Under the pieces are notes generated by a model. It was given only the letters and a program-made list of their open reading frames with translations, did not search any database and was not told the origin of the DNA. A DNA stretch of 63,694 nucleotides, counting the filler, from Octopus bimaculoides (Eukaryota), in NCBI RefSeq assembly GCF_001194135.2. It is 4 parts of 4 records of this genome, joined end to end, with 100 filler letters (N's around TTAATTAATTAA, not from the genome) between each part and the next. Parts side by side here need not be neighbours in the genome. Positions count along the whole stretch, not along the records: positions 1 to 18,456 come from NC_068984.1; positions 18,557 to 23,337 come from NC_069005.1; positions 23,438 to 41,191 come from NC_068988.1; 1 more part is not named here. One strand, written 5' to 3'. Shown in pieces: positions 13,346-25,339 of the stretch. The translations under genes were made by a program, and so were the position numbers. The number at the start of each line of letters is the position of its first letter. Within the stretch, counting starts at the first letter, position 1.

Positions 13346-14212
13346 TGCTACACACCATGAAACTGGAAACTCTTGGAGTATTTGAACACTTCAAATTTAT
13401 GGAATTTTTTTGTTTTGTTATTGTTGGTTTGTCCCAAGCTAACCATACTCGTGTAGATCTCACATCGGACATTGCAACCATAATATCTCATCTTTATTTT
13501 TTCCAAGACTTTGTATCTAATGTACATTTTTGCAAACACTGAGGTGTGATTTGCGGAAAATTCCAGTATCATTTGTAGACTGATAGATTAAGTACAAAAA
13601 AAAAAAAAAAAGAAAAGCATGAATGCTGGGGTCGACTTGTTTGATTAAAACCCTTCAACATAGTGCTCCAGCATGGCTGCTTTTTGATAACCAAAACAAG
13701 TAAAAGATAAAAGATAACTATTTTTCTTTATTCAATAATTACTTTAAATCTCTTCTTTTTCTTTTCGTCTTTTATCTTCTGTTTGTGGTGGTGGTGGTGG
13801 GGGGAAGAAACAGCTAACAGATGGACAAGAATGTGTCTAGATATGTTGAGATTGCTGATATGAGATAGCAGTTGTATAAGTGAATCCTAGAAGCAACCAC
13901 ATGGGCAGCATTCTAGACATGTTACTTATCACTTTTGGCCACTTATTTCAACATCTAGGTGGGAAAACAGATGCATGCACACACATGCACATGCATATTT
14001 TTTGTAGTTTGATGCATCTGCATATTCACATGTGCATGTACCCAAAATATATAAACTCAAAATGTGTGAACACAAGAATATATCAGTAGATTGAGCAAGT
14101 GAAGTTTAGCACCACACACACACACACTCATATAGAAAGGAAATCTTAGCTGAAGAATTTATTCAAAAATGCATGAGCATGTGTGATTGAGAATGAGGAA
14201 TTGTTAGTGTAT

Positions 14213-14270
<58 letters not shown>

Positions 14271-15937
14271 TCATGATGTCAAACTGCATTGAATTCAGTT
14301 TCTTTAATAGTAGTAATAAAATCATCAAACTGTTGTATTCTAATCACACAATCAATTTTCCTTTGTAGAACCAGTTTTTCTTTTTATCAATTCATACAGC
14401 CAAAAACATCCCCCCCCATCCCGCTCTAGTTTATTTAGCTGCCCTTAGGGGCCTTATCCTTTTTATTTCTCTTTCTCCAAGTTAATGTAGGAGGAGACGT
14501 TTTTTTTTTTTCCTTTTTTTTTTAATTCTATTTTATTTCTAAAAGTGATAATCTGCTGCCAAACCCTGTTCTCTGTTTTCTATTAACTATTTATAGCTAT
14601 GGTACTTACTACTCTCTTATGGTACTCTCTATGGTACTCTCTTACTACTCTCTTACAGCTGACATTGATGGTTGGGATGTGAGCTATATCACTAACACAT
14701 CTTTGCTATGCTTTTTCCTTCTCCGTCTTCTCATCCTTTCCTCCCACTTTTCAAATATCTGTAGAATCATTGCACCCTAGTCTAGAAGATTCTTCTTTAC
14801 ACTTCTGTCTATCTCATATCCTCTCTCTCTCTCATTCACTTATACATCACACACTCACTTTCTCTCTTCAACAGCTCAATATTTTTCTTAGCACAGACAC
14901 AAACTCGTCTGTAAATGCTTCTTCTCTCTACAGAGGCATTTGGCACTTAGGTGTAGCAGCCATCTTGTGAACCTAGGCTACTTTAGTGCTGCTACCATTT
15001 AGAAACTGGGGGAAAACTGCTGGGCATTCATTTCGTTATTTTTTTGCAAAGTATAACTAATCTCGTAACAAATTATTTAATGAAAATTATCAAAAGATTT
15101 TTTCTAATGTTATTTACTTTTATAAATTTATTAAATTTATTATAATTGAGGATTTCGCTATTCACATGTGTGAATACTATCATCGTCTCCTCTAACAGAC
15201 CAATAATTTTAAGAGAAATTAATTATTTTCAAATTAGACGAACAAACCTCCTCCTTTTTTTTCTTTAAATTTTGGAGCTGGAAAGAGAACACAAGTTAAA
15301 GTGATCTAACCGTGGGTAGTAACAACAACAACACAGGAGAAAAAAAAAAGGGGCTAAAATAAAACCCCTTTCAAGTAAAGAGAAAAAGATAAACGGAGAC
15401 AAAATACCATCATAGTGGAAACATGGAAGAAAAAAAAACCCAACAAAATTGCCAAAGCTGCTACATGTGACAAAGTATAATAAGACTGAGTGTGGATGAC
15501 ACTGCATTCTTGAATTGTTCATTTGCCAACTGTCTCTTCAGAGTGAGGACTGAGAGTTTTGAACTAAATATTTCGATTTTCTCTGTGTCTCATTTTGTTA
15601 AACCAACCCTGTTTTCCCTTTTATCACTTGTGATTGGATAATTCTATTCCCCACAAGGTGTGTCTTCTGTCGATTGCTGACTGTGTTTCTATTGGTTTAG
15701 CAGAGTGAAGACAACAGCAATAGCAAAGGACCCCCCCCCCCCCAAAAAAAAAGCAAGCAAATATATGTATGTATATAATGACAACAAAGACGAGGACACT
15801 TTCTATTGGCTGGATGTTTACATCTTTTGGGATTTACTGTTATGGACTTATTTGATAAACCATATTTTGATATTTGGTTTAAATTTTCTCCATTATTTCT
15901 ATCTTTCTCATACTTTCTCTTTTACTTAAGTACATCC

Positions 15938-15974
<37 letters not shown>

Positions 15975-16679
15975 ACACTAATACACATAAAACCAAGAAA
16001 AAAGTGAAATAAGAAAAGATGAAACTTATTTTCATGCATACACTCACACACACACACACACACACTCCTTTCATAACAAAAAAGAATAGAAACCCATCAC
16101 CCTCATATGCAAACACACAAATGTAGAAAGGGAGGAGACTGCATGCATCAGCCAACCCTCAGAATTCCGTTATATGCTTCATTGAACAAAGCCAACAGAA
16201 AACCATAATTATTTCTTGTGTTCCTTATTAACTTCTTCATTACCGTCCTCACTCTTTTTCTCTCCATATATATCTATCTATCTATGTGTGTATGATAATC
16301 CATTCCATCCTGATCTTCTGCTTCTTCTAAACCTGTTGAGTGTATTCTAGTAACACTATCTGCTTTTACTTTTTTCCTCTTTTTTTTCCCCATTGAATAT
16401 TGATCAGATTTGGACAAGTTTGATTTTGCAGTTTAACATTTGACTTTCATCCAATCTCTGATTCATCTCTTTTTGTCTGTTGCTCTTTTTGCAGCTTTTC
16501 TATCTGTCCAACTCTCTATCTGCTTATCTGTCTGTCTGTCTCTCTCATGGCTTCTCCATCTTAGTTTTTGTTCATCCAAGACTAACGTATCCTCACTGCT
16601 TTGAGAGAGATTTGATTACTATTTCTGACAGATAGCAACCACATAGACCCATTCATTGGCATGTAATTAATGTTGTCTG

Positions 16680-16716
<37 letters not shown>

Positions 16717-17165
16717 GTGTAAGCATAAAACAAGGTGCAGTGCAGTCTATTCTATAATTTGGAAAGCTTCCAATATTGCTCCAAGTGGATGTTAGTTGAT
16801 TTATATTTCAACTAAACACCTTAAAGAAATATCCCATCTATTGTTATTTTCATTTACATACAAAAAAACTGTTATTTATTTCATAAAATTCCAGTCCTTC
16901 CATTGTGGTGGTCATAATGGTATTGTTGATTTGAACTGTTGCATTTACTACTAACAATGCATAGAAAATGTGTCAGTTTTCTTTCACACTCAACTTAGCT
17001 AACAGTTCCAATCCAGTATTAATAATAAACTATTACTGAAGGGCTATTATTGACTGGAATTAGTCAAGTTTTTTGATCGTTTTTCTTTTTCCTCTCTCTG
17101 TTAATACTACTAATACTAACTAGTATTTCAAGTTTTGATCAAGAAAGTAATCACCTGATTTTGAG

Positions 17166-17220
<55 letters not shown>

Positions 17221-18415
17221 AGTCAATTCTGGACAACTTGAGTCCACAATCCAGTTTCATGTTTCTTCAATAACCTCCTCACTACTTCTTTATAGAAATT
17301 GTTATTGGTGACAATCTAGTTTTCATTCTGAGGTTTATTGATAGTGTTTCATCTTCTGAATTCAAAACCACAATTCATTTTCTATTATTTCACTTCTGTA
17401 TTGAGGCATAAAAGTGCAGAAAAAGAAAATGAAGACAAAAACAAAAGAAATTCAGAACATTTACAAAAACAGCAGCAACAAAAGAAAACCTACTAATATC
17501 TTCTTCCTGCTAGCTCTATTGTTAATTTACATTTTCTGATCTTACAGTCAATCCCCACCAACATCTACTTCCTCTTATTATTATTATTATTATTTTTTTT
17601 TTTTCACAGTTTAATGTTGATTCACCACACCACACCACACCACATCTGAGCAGTTTATTCCCACTCTTTTAGCTTATACTCATTATTATCATTATCATTA
17701 TTAGCCATTCATTCTTTCAGGATAAAAAAAAAAAAAACCCACTTAAGCACTGGGGTCAATGTAATCAACTAAGACCCTTCCTCGAAATTTCAGACCTTGT
17801 GTGCCTATTGTAGAAACTACTACTACTGCTTCTGCTACTGCTACATTTTTGGGCAGGGCTTTTTCAAGTGAATGCTGTAGAGCTGGTCAATTGGAGATAT
17901 ATTTTTCTCCATGTAGTTCAGTGCCTGATTGTTTTGTGTTCAAATACTGCCAAAGGGGGCTTAAATATTTATCTTTAATCTTTCCCTGGAGTTTGGACCA
18001 GTAAGATAAAATACAAACGTAGTCTTTCCATTCCTGTATCTAGCAGAATCTGAGTTGAAGAGAAACTCTTTTTAAAAATAAACTTTTGAGATCCATTTAT
18101 GTTATTTTCTTTACTGTTTCTTGTCTCAACTTAGAAAGTCTCAACTGCAAATAAAAGCTCAGCTGTGTGTTTCAAGACTTTTCTGTCACAAAATACAGTT
18201 GGCCTCATTATACTTACCAACATTGTGTGTGTGTGTGTGTGTGACACATGTTTCCATGGGGATATTCTCTCTTTGAAATTCTCAAGTAACTGCCGTCCAT
18301 TCGAGTGTTTTGGAGATAAACACTGAGATTATCATAGCCATACTAACCTACAATTTAAGGAGATATCCTCATCTGGAGTGCTCTACAGTGGCTTCCACTT
18401 GATTCTTTGAATCCA

Positions 18416-18456
<41 letters not shown>

Positions 18457-18758
18457 NNNNNNNNNNNNNNNNNNNNNNNNNNNNNNNNNNNNNNNNNNNN
18501 TTAATTAATTAANNNNNNNNNNNNNNNNNNNNNNNNNNNNNNNNNNNNNNNNNNNNGTATGTAAGTATGTGTATATGTGTGTGTATGTATGTGTATATAT
18601 ATGTGTATGTGTATATATGTGTGTATGTATGTGTATATATATGTGTATGTGTATATATGTGTGTGTGTGTATATATATCTATCTATCTATATATATATAT
18701 ATATATATATATATGCTTTATTAATAAAGCTGCGAAACATTACAAACACTGTTACTCA

Positions 18759-18837
18759 CAGTTTCATGTTCCCGTTCGTCGGACAGTTTTGGTTGAGTTC
18801 TCAACCAAAACTGTTCGAACGGGAACATTAAACTCTG
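18759..18837. repeat. Hairpin of about 79 nt at the 5' side of a V-SINE-like element
   Basis: ATGTTCCCGTTCG..GACAGTTTTGGTTGAG-TT-CTCAACCAAAACTGTTCGAACGGGAACAT. Confidence 0.85.
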
Positions 18838-18859
18838 AAAGTAATGGCAAACTTCTGCT

Positions 18860-19019
18860 GACTCTTTCGCCACAACTTTCTCTCACTCTTTCCTCCTGCA
18901 TCTAGCAGCTCACCTGTGACGGACTGGCGTCCCGTCCAGGTGGGGAACCTATATGCCAATGAAACCGGGAAACCAGCCCTTATGAGCCAGGCATGGCTCG
19001 AGAAGGAACAAAAAACAAT
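18860..19019 (+). mobile_element. SINE with V-domain-like core
   Basis: CCTGTGACGGACTGGCGTCCCGTCCAGG...GAAACCGGGAAACCAGCCCTTATGAGCC resembles, from memory, the V-SINE core; A-rich end. Confidence 0.55.
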
Positions 19020-19044
19020 ATATATATGTGTGTGTGTGTATGTG

Positions 19045-19075
<31 letters not shown>

Positions 19076-19200
19076 AGTATGCTTGCAGCATTTGCTGTAA
19101 TTGCATCTGTGAATCAGCAAGTTTTGACTTTTATATATGCGTACATGCATATGTGTGTGTTTTGTGTGCATCTGTGCGTATATCTATATGTATGTATATA

Positions 19201-19343
19201 TACAGTACCAGATTTAGGACAAATGAAGTCCTGTGCTAGTTAAGTTTTGAGGCCCCTTACCATTGACCAGCGGCCCCTTACGGTGACTCTGGTGAACGAG
19301 GTCTTATGCTTAAGCACACCTAAACACAATGGTAAATCTATCA

Positions 19344-19348
<5 letters not shown>
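19201..19348. mobile_element. Possible decayed hAT-type MITE
   Basis: Ends TACAGTACCAGATTTA and TAAATCTATCACTGTA are imperfect inverted repeats; internal direct repeat GGCCCCTTAC occurs twice. Confidence 0.4.
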
Positions 19349-19399
<51 letters not shown>

Positions 19400-19429
19400 G
19401 CACACACATACATGCATATATATGCATTT

Positions 19430-19830
19430 ATTACATGCTAAATTTCTGAAATGTTTCACATGTTTTCACAGTTCCATTAATGGTTTACAACTGTAATTTC
19501 CTAATTAGTTGTGTTCTTTCTGGATTGATGAAGCCCAGTTTCTCAAGGTTGGTGCTGAGGCAGTTAGTTTACATATCATCCAAGAACCCACTGTAATTAC
19601 AGGTAAATATCTAATGCTATAATCTGGATGGAGTATCATCTACAGATTTCTCCTCAATTTGGTTTGGAAATGTTTTATTTTTGTCACTAACCTTTAACAT
19701 ATTAAGTTAACATCTGCTGGACAACTAATTCTCATTTCTCAATCTCTGATCATAATGTCTGGTCTGTTATCCCAGCATTTCACTGAAAACAATCTGAATG
19801 GCTCTGTCCTGCATATATTTGGCATTTTCT
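19430..19830 (-). mobile_element. 3' end of R4/Dong-like non-LTR retrotransposon (restriction-like endonuclease domain), decayed
   Basis: Minus-strand frames give RPDIMIRD..ISCPADVN, LHPDYSIRYLPVI, and LSTNLEKLGFINPERTQLIRKLQL*TINGTVKTCETFQK, then run into (TA)n/(CA)n. Clade assignment is from recall. Confidence 0.65.
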
Positions 19831-19831
19831 T

Positions 19832-20060
19832 TTAATCTTTTGCTTGTTTTCAAGCACTGAAAACTGCGGTCATGCTGGGGCATCACCTTGAAGAATTTTA
19901 GCCAAACAAATCAACTCCACTACTTATGGGTTTTTTTTTGGTGGTGGGGGGCTTGTTTTCAAACCTGGTACTTATTCTGTCTCTCCTTTGCTGAACTGTT
20001 AAGTTATGGGAGTGTAAACACACCAACACCAGTTGTCAAGCATTGGTGGGGCCAAACACA
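19832..20060 (-). mobile_element. SINE family A tail
   Basis: CTTTTGCTTGTTTTC..GCGGTCATGCTGGGGCATCACCTTGAAG..GCTGAACTGTTAAGTTATGGG. Confidence 0.75.
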
Positions 20061-20211
20061 TGCACACACGCCTCGTCATCATCTTCATCATCGTTTAACA
20101 TCCACTTTCGATGCTGGATTGGGTTCAACGGTTTGACTGAAGGCTGCACCAGGATCCAATCCGATCTGGCAAAGTTTCTACAGCTGGATGCCCTTCCTAC
20201 CGCCAACCAAT

Positions 20212-20579
20212 AATCAAAATAAGCAACAGGATATCAAACAGTAATGCAGTACAACTGTTTCAGGCGGCTCCATTTAATGGAACAATGCAATCATTACATC
20301 AGTTTAAATGCAGAGCTATCTTCAGCTGCACAAAATAGAATTTTTTTAACGAGTTGGACACATTAATATAATTTTTCGTGAATATTTTAAGAGTAAGAAG
20401 ATGGAAGAAATCCATGTTATCACTATTGTAGCAGAATGGCTAAGAATCCCTTGAATATTGTGCAGCTGAAGATAGCACTGCATTTAAATTGATGTAATGA
20501 CTGCATTGTTCAATTAAATGGATCCCCTTGAAACAGTCGTACTGCATCACTACTTGATATTCTGTTACTTATTTTGATT
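20212..20579. repeat. Inverted repeat with arms of about 125 nt and a spacer of about 118 nt, abutting a PLE-type fragment
   Basis: 20212-20336 is the reverse complement of 20455-20579 with scattered mismatches. Confidence 0.92.
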
Positions 20580-21820
20580 TTATTCACCGTACTTCGAGCT
20601 GTGTGGATAATACTGGACTGACTTGGTGCTTCAACTTAAGGACGTTGCAAACAAAACGTAGACAAAAGAATAATAACCAGAGTAAAGAAAACACACAGGC
20701 CACATAGAGAACATTTCCTTCATCAGCTGCCACCATTCTAACACTGGCGTTTTGAAGAGTTAGGGCAGGACGCATCGTTAAAATGGCTCTTCCCACGGAC
20801 CACAAATTAAATTTGTACCATGGAGGAATGTAGTGGCGGACAGAAAACAAGACAGGAAAACAAGCGGAAAAGGCTATACAGCCAGACATGAAAAATTATG
20901 TGTAGATTGAACGCTGTAAATTTCCAAAAATGAGTTTAAAGGGGTTTATAATTCTGGCAGTTACCGTGTTTCCTCTTAAATTGGTTTCAGATGCTGGCTA
21001 ACCACACACACACACACNNNNNNNNNNNNNNNNNNNNNNNNNNNNNNNNNNNNNNNNNNNNNNNNNNNNNNNNNNNNNNNNNNNNNNNNNNNNNNNNNNN
21101 NNNNNNNNNNNNNNNNNNNNNNNNNNNNNNNNNNNNNNNNNNNNNNNNNNNNNNNNNNNNNNNNNNNNNNNNNNNNNNNNNNNNNNNNNNNNNNNNNNNN
21201 NNNNNNNNNNNNNNNNNNNNNNNNNNNNNNNNNNNNNNNNNNNNNTTTTTTTTTTTTTTTTTTTTTTTTGTTTCTTTTCCTCCAATTTCCAATCGATGGA
21301 CTGGAACCACTTTGGGAGTTTCTTCTTACACATTTCCGTCAGTTATTCATACCGCCTCTTTCCACCTCTTCCTCCTCCTCCTCCTCCTCTTATCTCCTCT
21401 TCTTCCTCCTCCTCTTCCTCCTCACAGTCAGATGGATCCTTGTTATTGTGATTGAGTTTATTGAACGGTTGATTTGTTTTAGAGTTAACTCCCTCTAATG
21501 ACATAATTAGCAAAGATATTTACTGTGCATATAAGTATGTGTGTGTGCATATATGTGTCTATATATATTTGTGCATGTATATAACACACACACACACACA
21601 CACACACACTGAAACGCCTGTGTTAGAATGGGGGTAGTGGATGAAGGAAAATGTTCTCTATGTGGCCTGTGTGTTTTCTGTACTCTGGTTATTATTATTT
21701 TTTTTTGTCTACGTTTTGTTTGCAATGTCCTGTACCGAGATATGCACCTATATATACAGGTAGACGTAGGTATGCACATACCTGTATGTATATATGCATA
21801 TACTCATTTATTATTTGTTT

Positions 21821-21852
<32 letters not shown>

Positions 21853-21990
21853 TACACACATGCTTGTGTATTTATGTGTACTAGCTGGACCTGTGTTAGA
21901 AATCACGCAAAACATAAAACATGTTAGCATCTATAAATTGTGTGCTGGTGCCATGAGAAATGTTTTTATATTGTGACAATTACAGAATAC
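20580..21990. mobile_element. PLE-type terminal-repeat fragments (minus about 20580-20900; plus about 21610-21900)
   Basis: Shared block GAAACGCC..TTAGAATGG..GCAGCTGATGAAGGAAATGTTCTCTATGTGGCCTGTGTG..GTCCTGTACC, also at 23700-23860 and 36000-36200. Confidence 0.55.
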
Positions 21991-22086
21991 AGAAAGAAGT
22001 GTAAAACCGATNNNNNNNNNNNNNNNNNNNNNNNNNNNNNNNNNNNNNNNNNNNNNNNNNNNNNNNNNNNNNNNNNNNNNNNNNNN

Positions 22087-22325
22087 NATCATCATCATCA
22101 TCATCGTTTAACGTCCGATTTTCATGCTAGCATGTATGTATGTATGTATGTATCACACACACAACAGGCTTCTTTCAGTTTCTGTCAACCAAATCCACTC
22201 AGAAGGCTTTGGTGAGCCCAAGGTTATAGTTGAAGATCCTTGCCCAAGGTGTCACGCAGTGGAACTGAACCCGGAACTATGTAGTTGGGAAGCAAGCTTC
22301 TTACCACACAGCCACGCCTGCGCAA
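22087..22325 (-). mobile_element. SINE family A head fused to (CAT)n RTE-type tail
   Basis: GGCTTCTTTCAGTTTCTGTCAACCAAATCCACTC...TTCTTACCACACAGCCACGCCTGCG. Confidence 0.8.
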
Positions 22326-22335
22326 TAATTAAAAA

Positions 22336-22371
<36 letters not shown>

Positions 22372-22499
22372 GGAAAGTGTAAATGATTGCGTGTGGTTTA
22401 CAATGGCTAACTTAACTCTACTCTGATGCAATTGTTTTAGTGCTTGTATCAAATAACCATCCAGACTTGTACAACTTTAAAATAGAGAGAGAGAGACAT

Positions 22500-22510
22500 A
22501 TGCACACTTA

Positions 22511-22543
<33 letters not shown>

Positions 22544-23298
22544 TTTTCCTTATCTCCTATCTCTTTCTCACTGTCTGTCTCTTTGTATCTTTATTTGACT
22601 CACTCACTCACCCTGTCTCTCTCTCTTGTTCACTGAGTCTCACTTTCCTTTCCTCTTTCTCTCTCTCTCTCTTTCTGTCTCTGCATTTCTTTTCCTCTCT
22701 ATCTCTGTCTGGTCTTCTCTTCATATATTTCTCTCTCTCATTCTTTCATCCTGTCTATCCCTCTCTGTATAGCCCTCTGTCTCACTCTCTCTCTCTCTCT
22801 CTCTGCGTGTGTCTCTCTTACTCTCCCTGTCTATCTCTCTCTTTTCCCCTCTCTCCTCTATCTCTCTGTGACTCTGTCTGTCTCTGTCTCTCTCTCTCTC
22901 TGCGTCTCTCTCCCCCTCTCTCTATGTCACTCTTTCTCCCAGTTTCATTCTTTTCTCTCTGCCTCTATCACTATCTCCTTGTTTCTCTCTTTACTGCTCT
23001 CTCACTCTCTCTCTCACTCTCTCTCTCACTCTCTCTCTCACTCTCTCTCTCACTCTCTCTCTCACTCTCTCTCTCTCTCTCTCACTCTTTCTCTCTCACT
23101 CTCTCTCTCACTCTCTCTCTCTCACTCTCTGTCACTCTCTCTCTCACTCTCACACTCTCTCCTCGTCAGGTCCTCTCTCTATATCTCTCTTTGTCTGTCT
23201 TTTTTCTTCCTTTATATCTCTTTATGTATCTCTCTCTCTCTCTCTCTTTATATGTGTCTTTGTGTATGTGTGTGTATACATATATATATATATATATA

Positions 23299-23337
<39 letters not shown>
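22500..23337. repeat. Long degenerate (CT)n/(CTCTCTCACT)n polypyrimidine tract
   Basis: Directly visible. Confidence 0.95.
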
Positions 23338-23437
23338 NNNNNNNNNNNNNNNNNNNNNNNNNNNNNNNNNNNNNNNNNNNNTTAATTAATTAANNNNNNN
23401 NNNNNNNNNNNNNNNNNNNNNNNNNNNNNNNNNNNNN

Positions 23438-23556
23438 GCTCGGGAAGTGAGAAAGTATTTTACGTTTCGAGCCTACGCTCTTAGACAGAAAGGGACACAG
23501 AAATAAACAGGGAGAGAAAATAGAAAAAGATTTAGTGGCTAACAATTTATCATGGC

Positions 23557-23592
<36 letters not shown>

Positions 23593-24845
23593 TTGGAAAA
23601 GGATGCGTGGCGTTCGATCATATAATAATATAAATAATATATAAATATATGCATATATACACACATATATGGGTACAGGACATAAAAAAAGGTAGACGCA
23701 ATGAGAAACGAGAACATAAAAACAAAAACATAGAAAACGAACTTTTTTTGAACAGCGTAAAAAGAAAACAAACAAACAGAGAAAGGCGACATGTATCATA
23801 AAGAACATTCCCTTTATTAGCTGTCCCCTGTTTTATCTACTCCACGTTTCGAAGGTAAAGACAAGGCGGCGAGCTGGCAGAAACGTAGCCCACCGGGCGA
23901 AATGATTAGCGGTATTTTGTTTGCCGCTACGTTCTGAGTTCAAATTCCGCCGAGGTTGACTTTGCCGTTCATCCTTTCGGGGTCGATAAATTAAGTACCA
24001 GTTACGCACTGGGGTCGATGTAATCGACTTAATCCCTTTGTCTGTCCTTGTTTGTCTCCTCTGTGTTTAGCCCCTTGTGGGCAATAAAGAAATAAGAAGC
24101 GACTTCATTAAAACAGTCCTTCAAGCAGAGCAAATTAAATAATATTTGGGATATTTTGCAGAGGGTTAAAGTGGTAACAAAAACAGGACAGTGAGAATAA
24201 AACATTAAAAACAGACGGTGAGGGCTGTTAAGCCAAGACGATGTGAATTGGTGAACGCTGGAAAACGAGGTTTGAGAAAAGACGGATAAAAAAGTACGTC
24301 TTGTCTTTAGGAAGGAAGTGGAAGAAAGAAAGATGGATAGCTGTTGGTCACGTGTGAGCAACGAGAAAGTCAAGGAGGAAGAGTAAGTGAGAGAGAGAGA
24401 GAGAGAACGGTGAAGGGGAGAGGAGAAGAATAGGGAAAGGGTGGGAGAAAAAACAGAAAGGAAGAAGAACAAGAGAGGGAGATAGATAGACAGAAAAGTG
24501 ATAGAATGAGTGCGCATCGTAATTATTAAGATAAAACTTACTTGGAAAAGGATGCGTGGCGTTCGATCATATAATAATATAAATAATATATAAATATATG
24601 CATATATACATACATATATGTACATACCTACATATATATGTATATATACATGCATATATGAGCACAGGACATAAATAAACCTTGACACAATGAGAAACGA
24701 GAACATAAAAAACAAAAACATAGAAAACGAACTTTTTTCGAACAACGTTCTGTTTTTTTAATGTCCCGTAGCCATATATGCATGTATATACACATATATA
24801 TGTAGGTATGTACATATATGTATGTATATATGCATATATTTATAT

Positions 24846-24887
<42 letters not shown>

Positions 24888-24900
24888 TTGGAAATGGAAG
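23438..24900 (-). mobile_element. PLE-type element end with tandem partial duplications, interrupted by a SINE B
   Basis: Block CTTGGAAAAGGATGCGTGGCGTTCGATCAT repeats at about 23592 and 24540, with a variant at 24886. A decayed hammerhead-like motif lies at 23455-23495. Confidence 0.55.
23864..24096 (+). mobile_element. tRNA-derived SINE family B, full length
   Basis: AGGCGGCGAGCTGGCAGAAACG..GTTCTGAGTTCAAATTCCGCCGAGGTTGACTTTGCCGTTCATCCTTTCGGGGTCGATAAATTAAGTACC. Confidence 0.9.
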
Positions 24901-24960
24901 CGTGGCGTTCAGTTAAGTAATCTCTGTTCTATCTGTCTCTCTCTTGCTCTTCCTTCTTTC

Positions 24961-25037
24961 CACGGGCATATGGCGTAGTGGTTAAGAGCGCGGGCTACTA
25001 ACCCCAAGATTCCGAGTTCGATTCCAGACAGGGACCC

Positions 25038-25083
<46 letters not shown>

Positions 25084-25240
25084 CTCAAAAAAATACCTTA
25101 GGAATGAGAACCCAGGTTCGAAATTTCCCCAAGACACCTGATGAAGGCTGGAGGATATATCAGCCGAAACGTTGTGTTAACAACAAACAAGATAAGGACA
25201 AATATCCGTCAAATATAAATAATGTAAATAATGTACTTAA
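24961..25240 (+). mobile_element. tRNA-headed SINE (family D) carrying a hammerhead-ribozyme motif
   Basis: A box TGGCGTAGTGG at 24971-24981, B box GTTCGATTCC at 25016-25025, (AAT)n linker, HHR motif at 25133-25178, and TAAATAATG repeats at the 3' end. Confidence 0.8.
25133..25178 (+). ncRNA. Minimal type I hammerhead ribozyme motif (PLE-type, predicted to need dimerisation)
   Basis: Stem I GACAC/GTGTT; core CTGATGA-A; stem II GGCTG/CAGCC; GAAA; palindromic stem III AACGTT; predicted cleavage after GUU at 25173. Confidence 0.7.
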
Positions 25241-25339
25241 TTCTTTATCTCTTAAATATAGAACAAGCGAGTTAAATACGAAAACAGCGAGAGAAAGAAA
25301 ATTGAAAACAGGACAAGTAACACAAAGAACGAACCTTCA

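Noticed and set aside
18501-18512. TTAATTAATTAA islands inside N gaps (also 23382-23393 and 41236-41247)
   Set aside because: Identical 12-mers isolated in Ns are a six-frame-stop scaffolding spacer, not biology.
24961-25040. tRNA gene call for SINE heads (also 29408)
   Set aside because: A and B boxes are present, but the acceptor stem does not close and the sequence continues into a SINE body.
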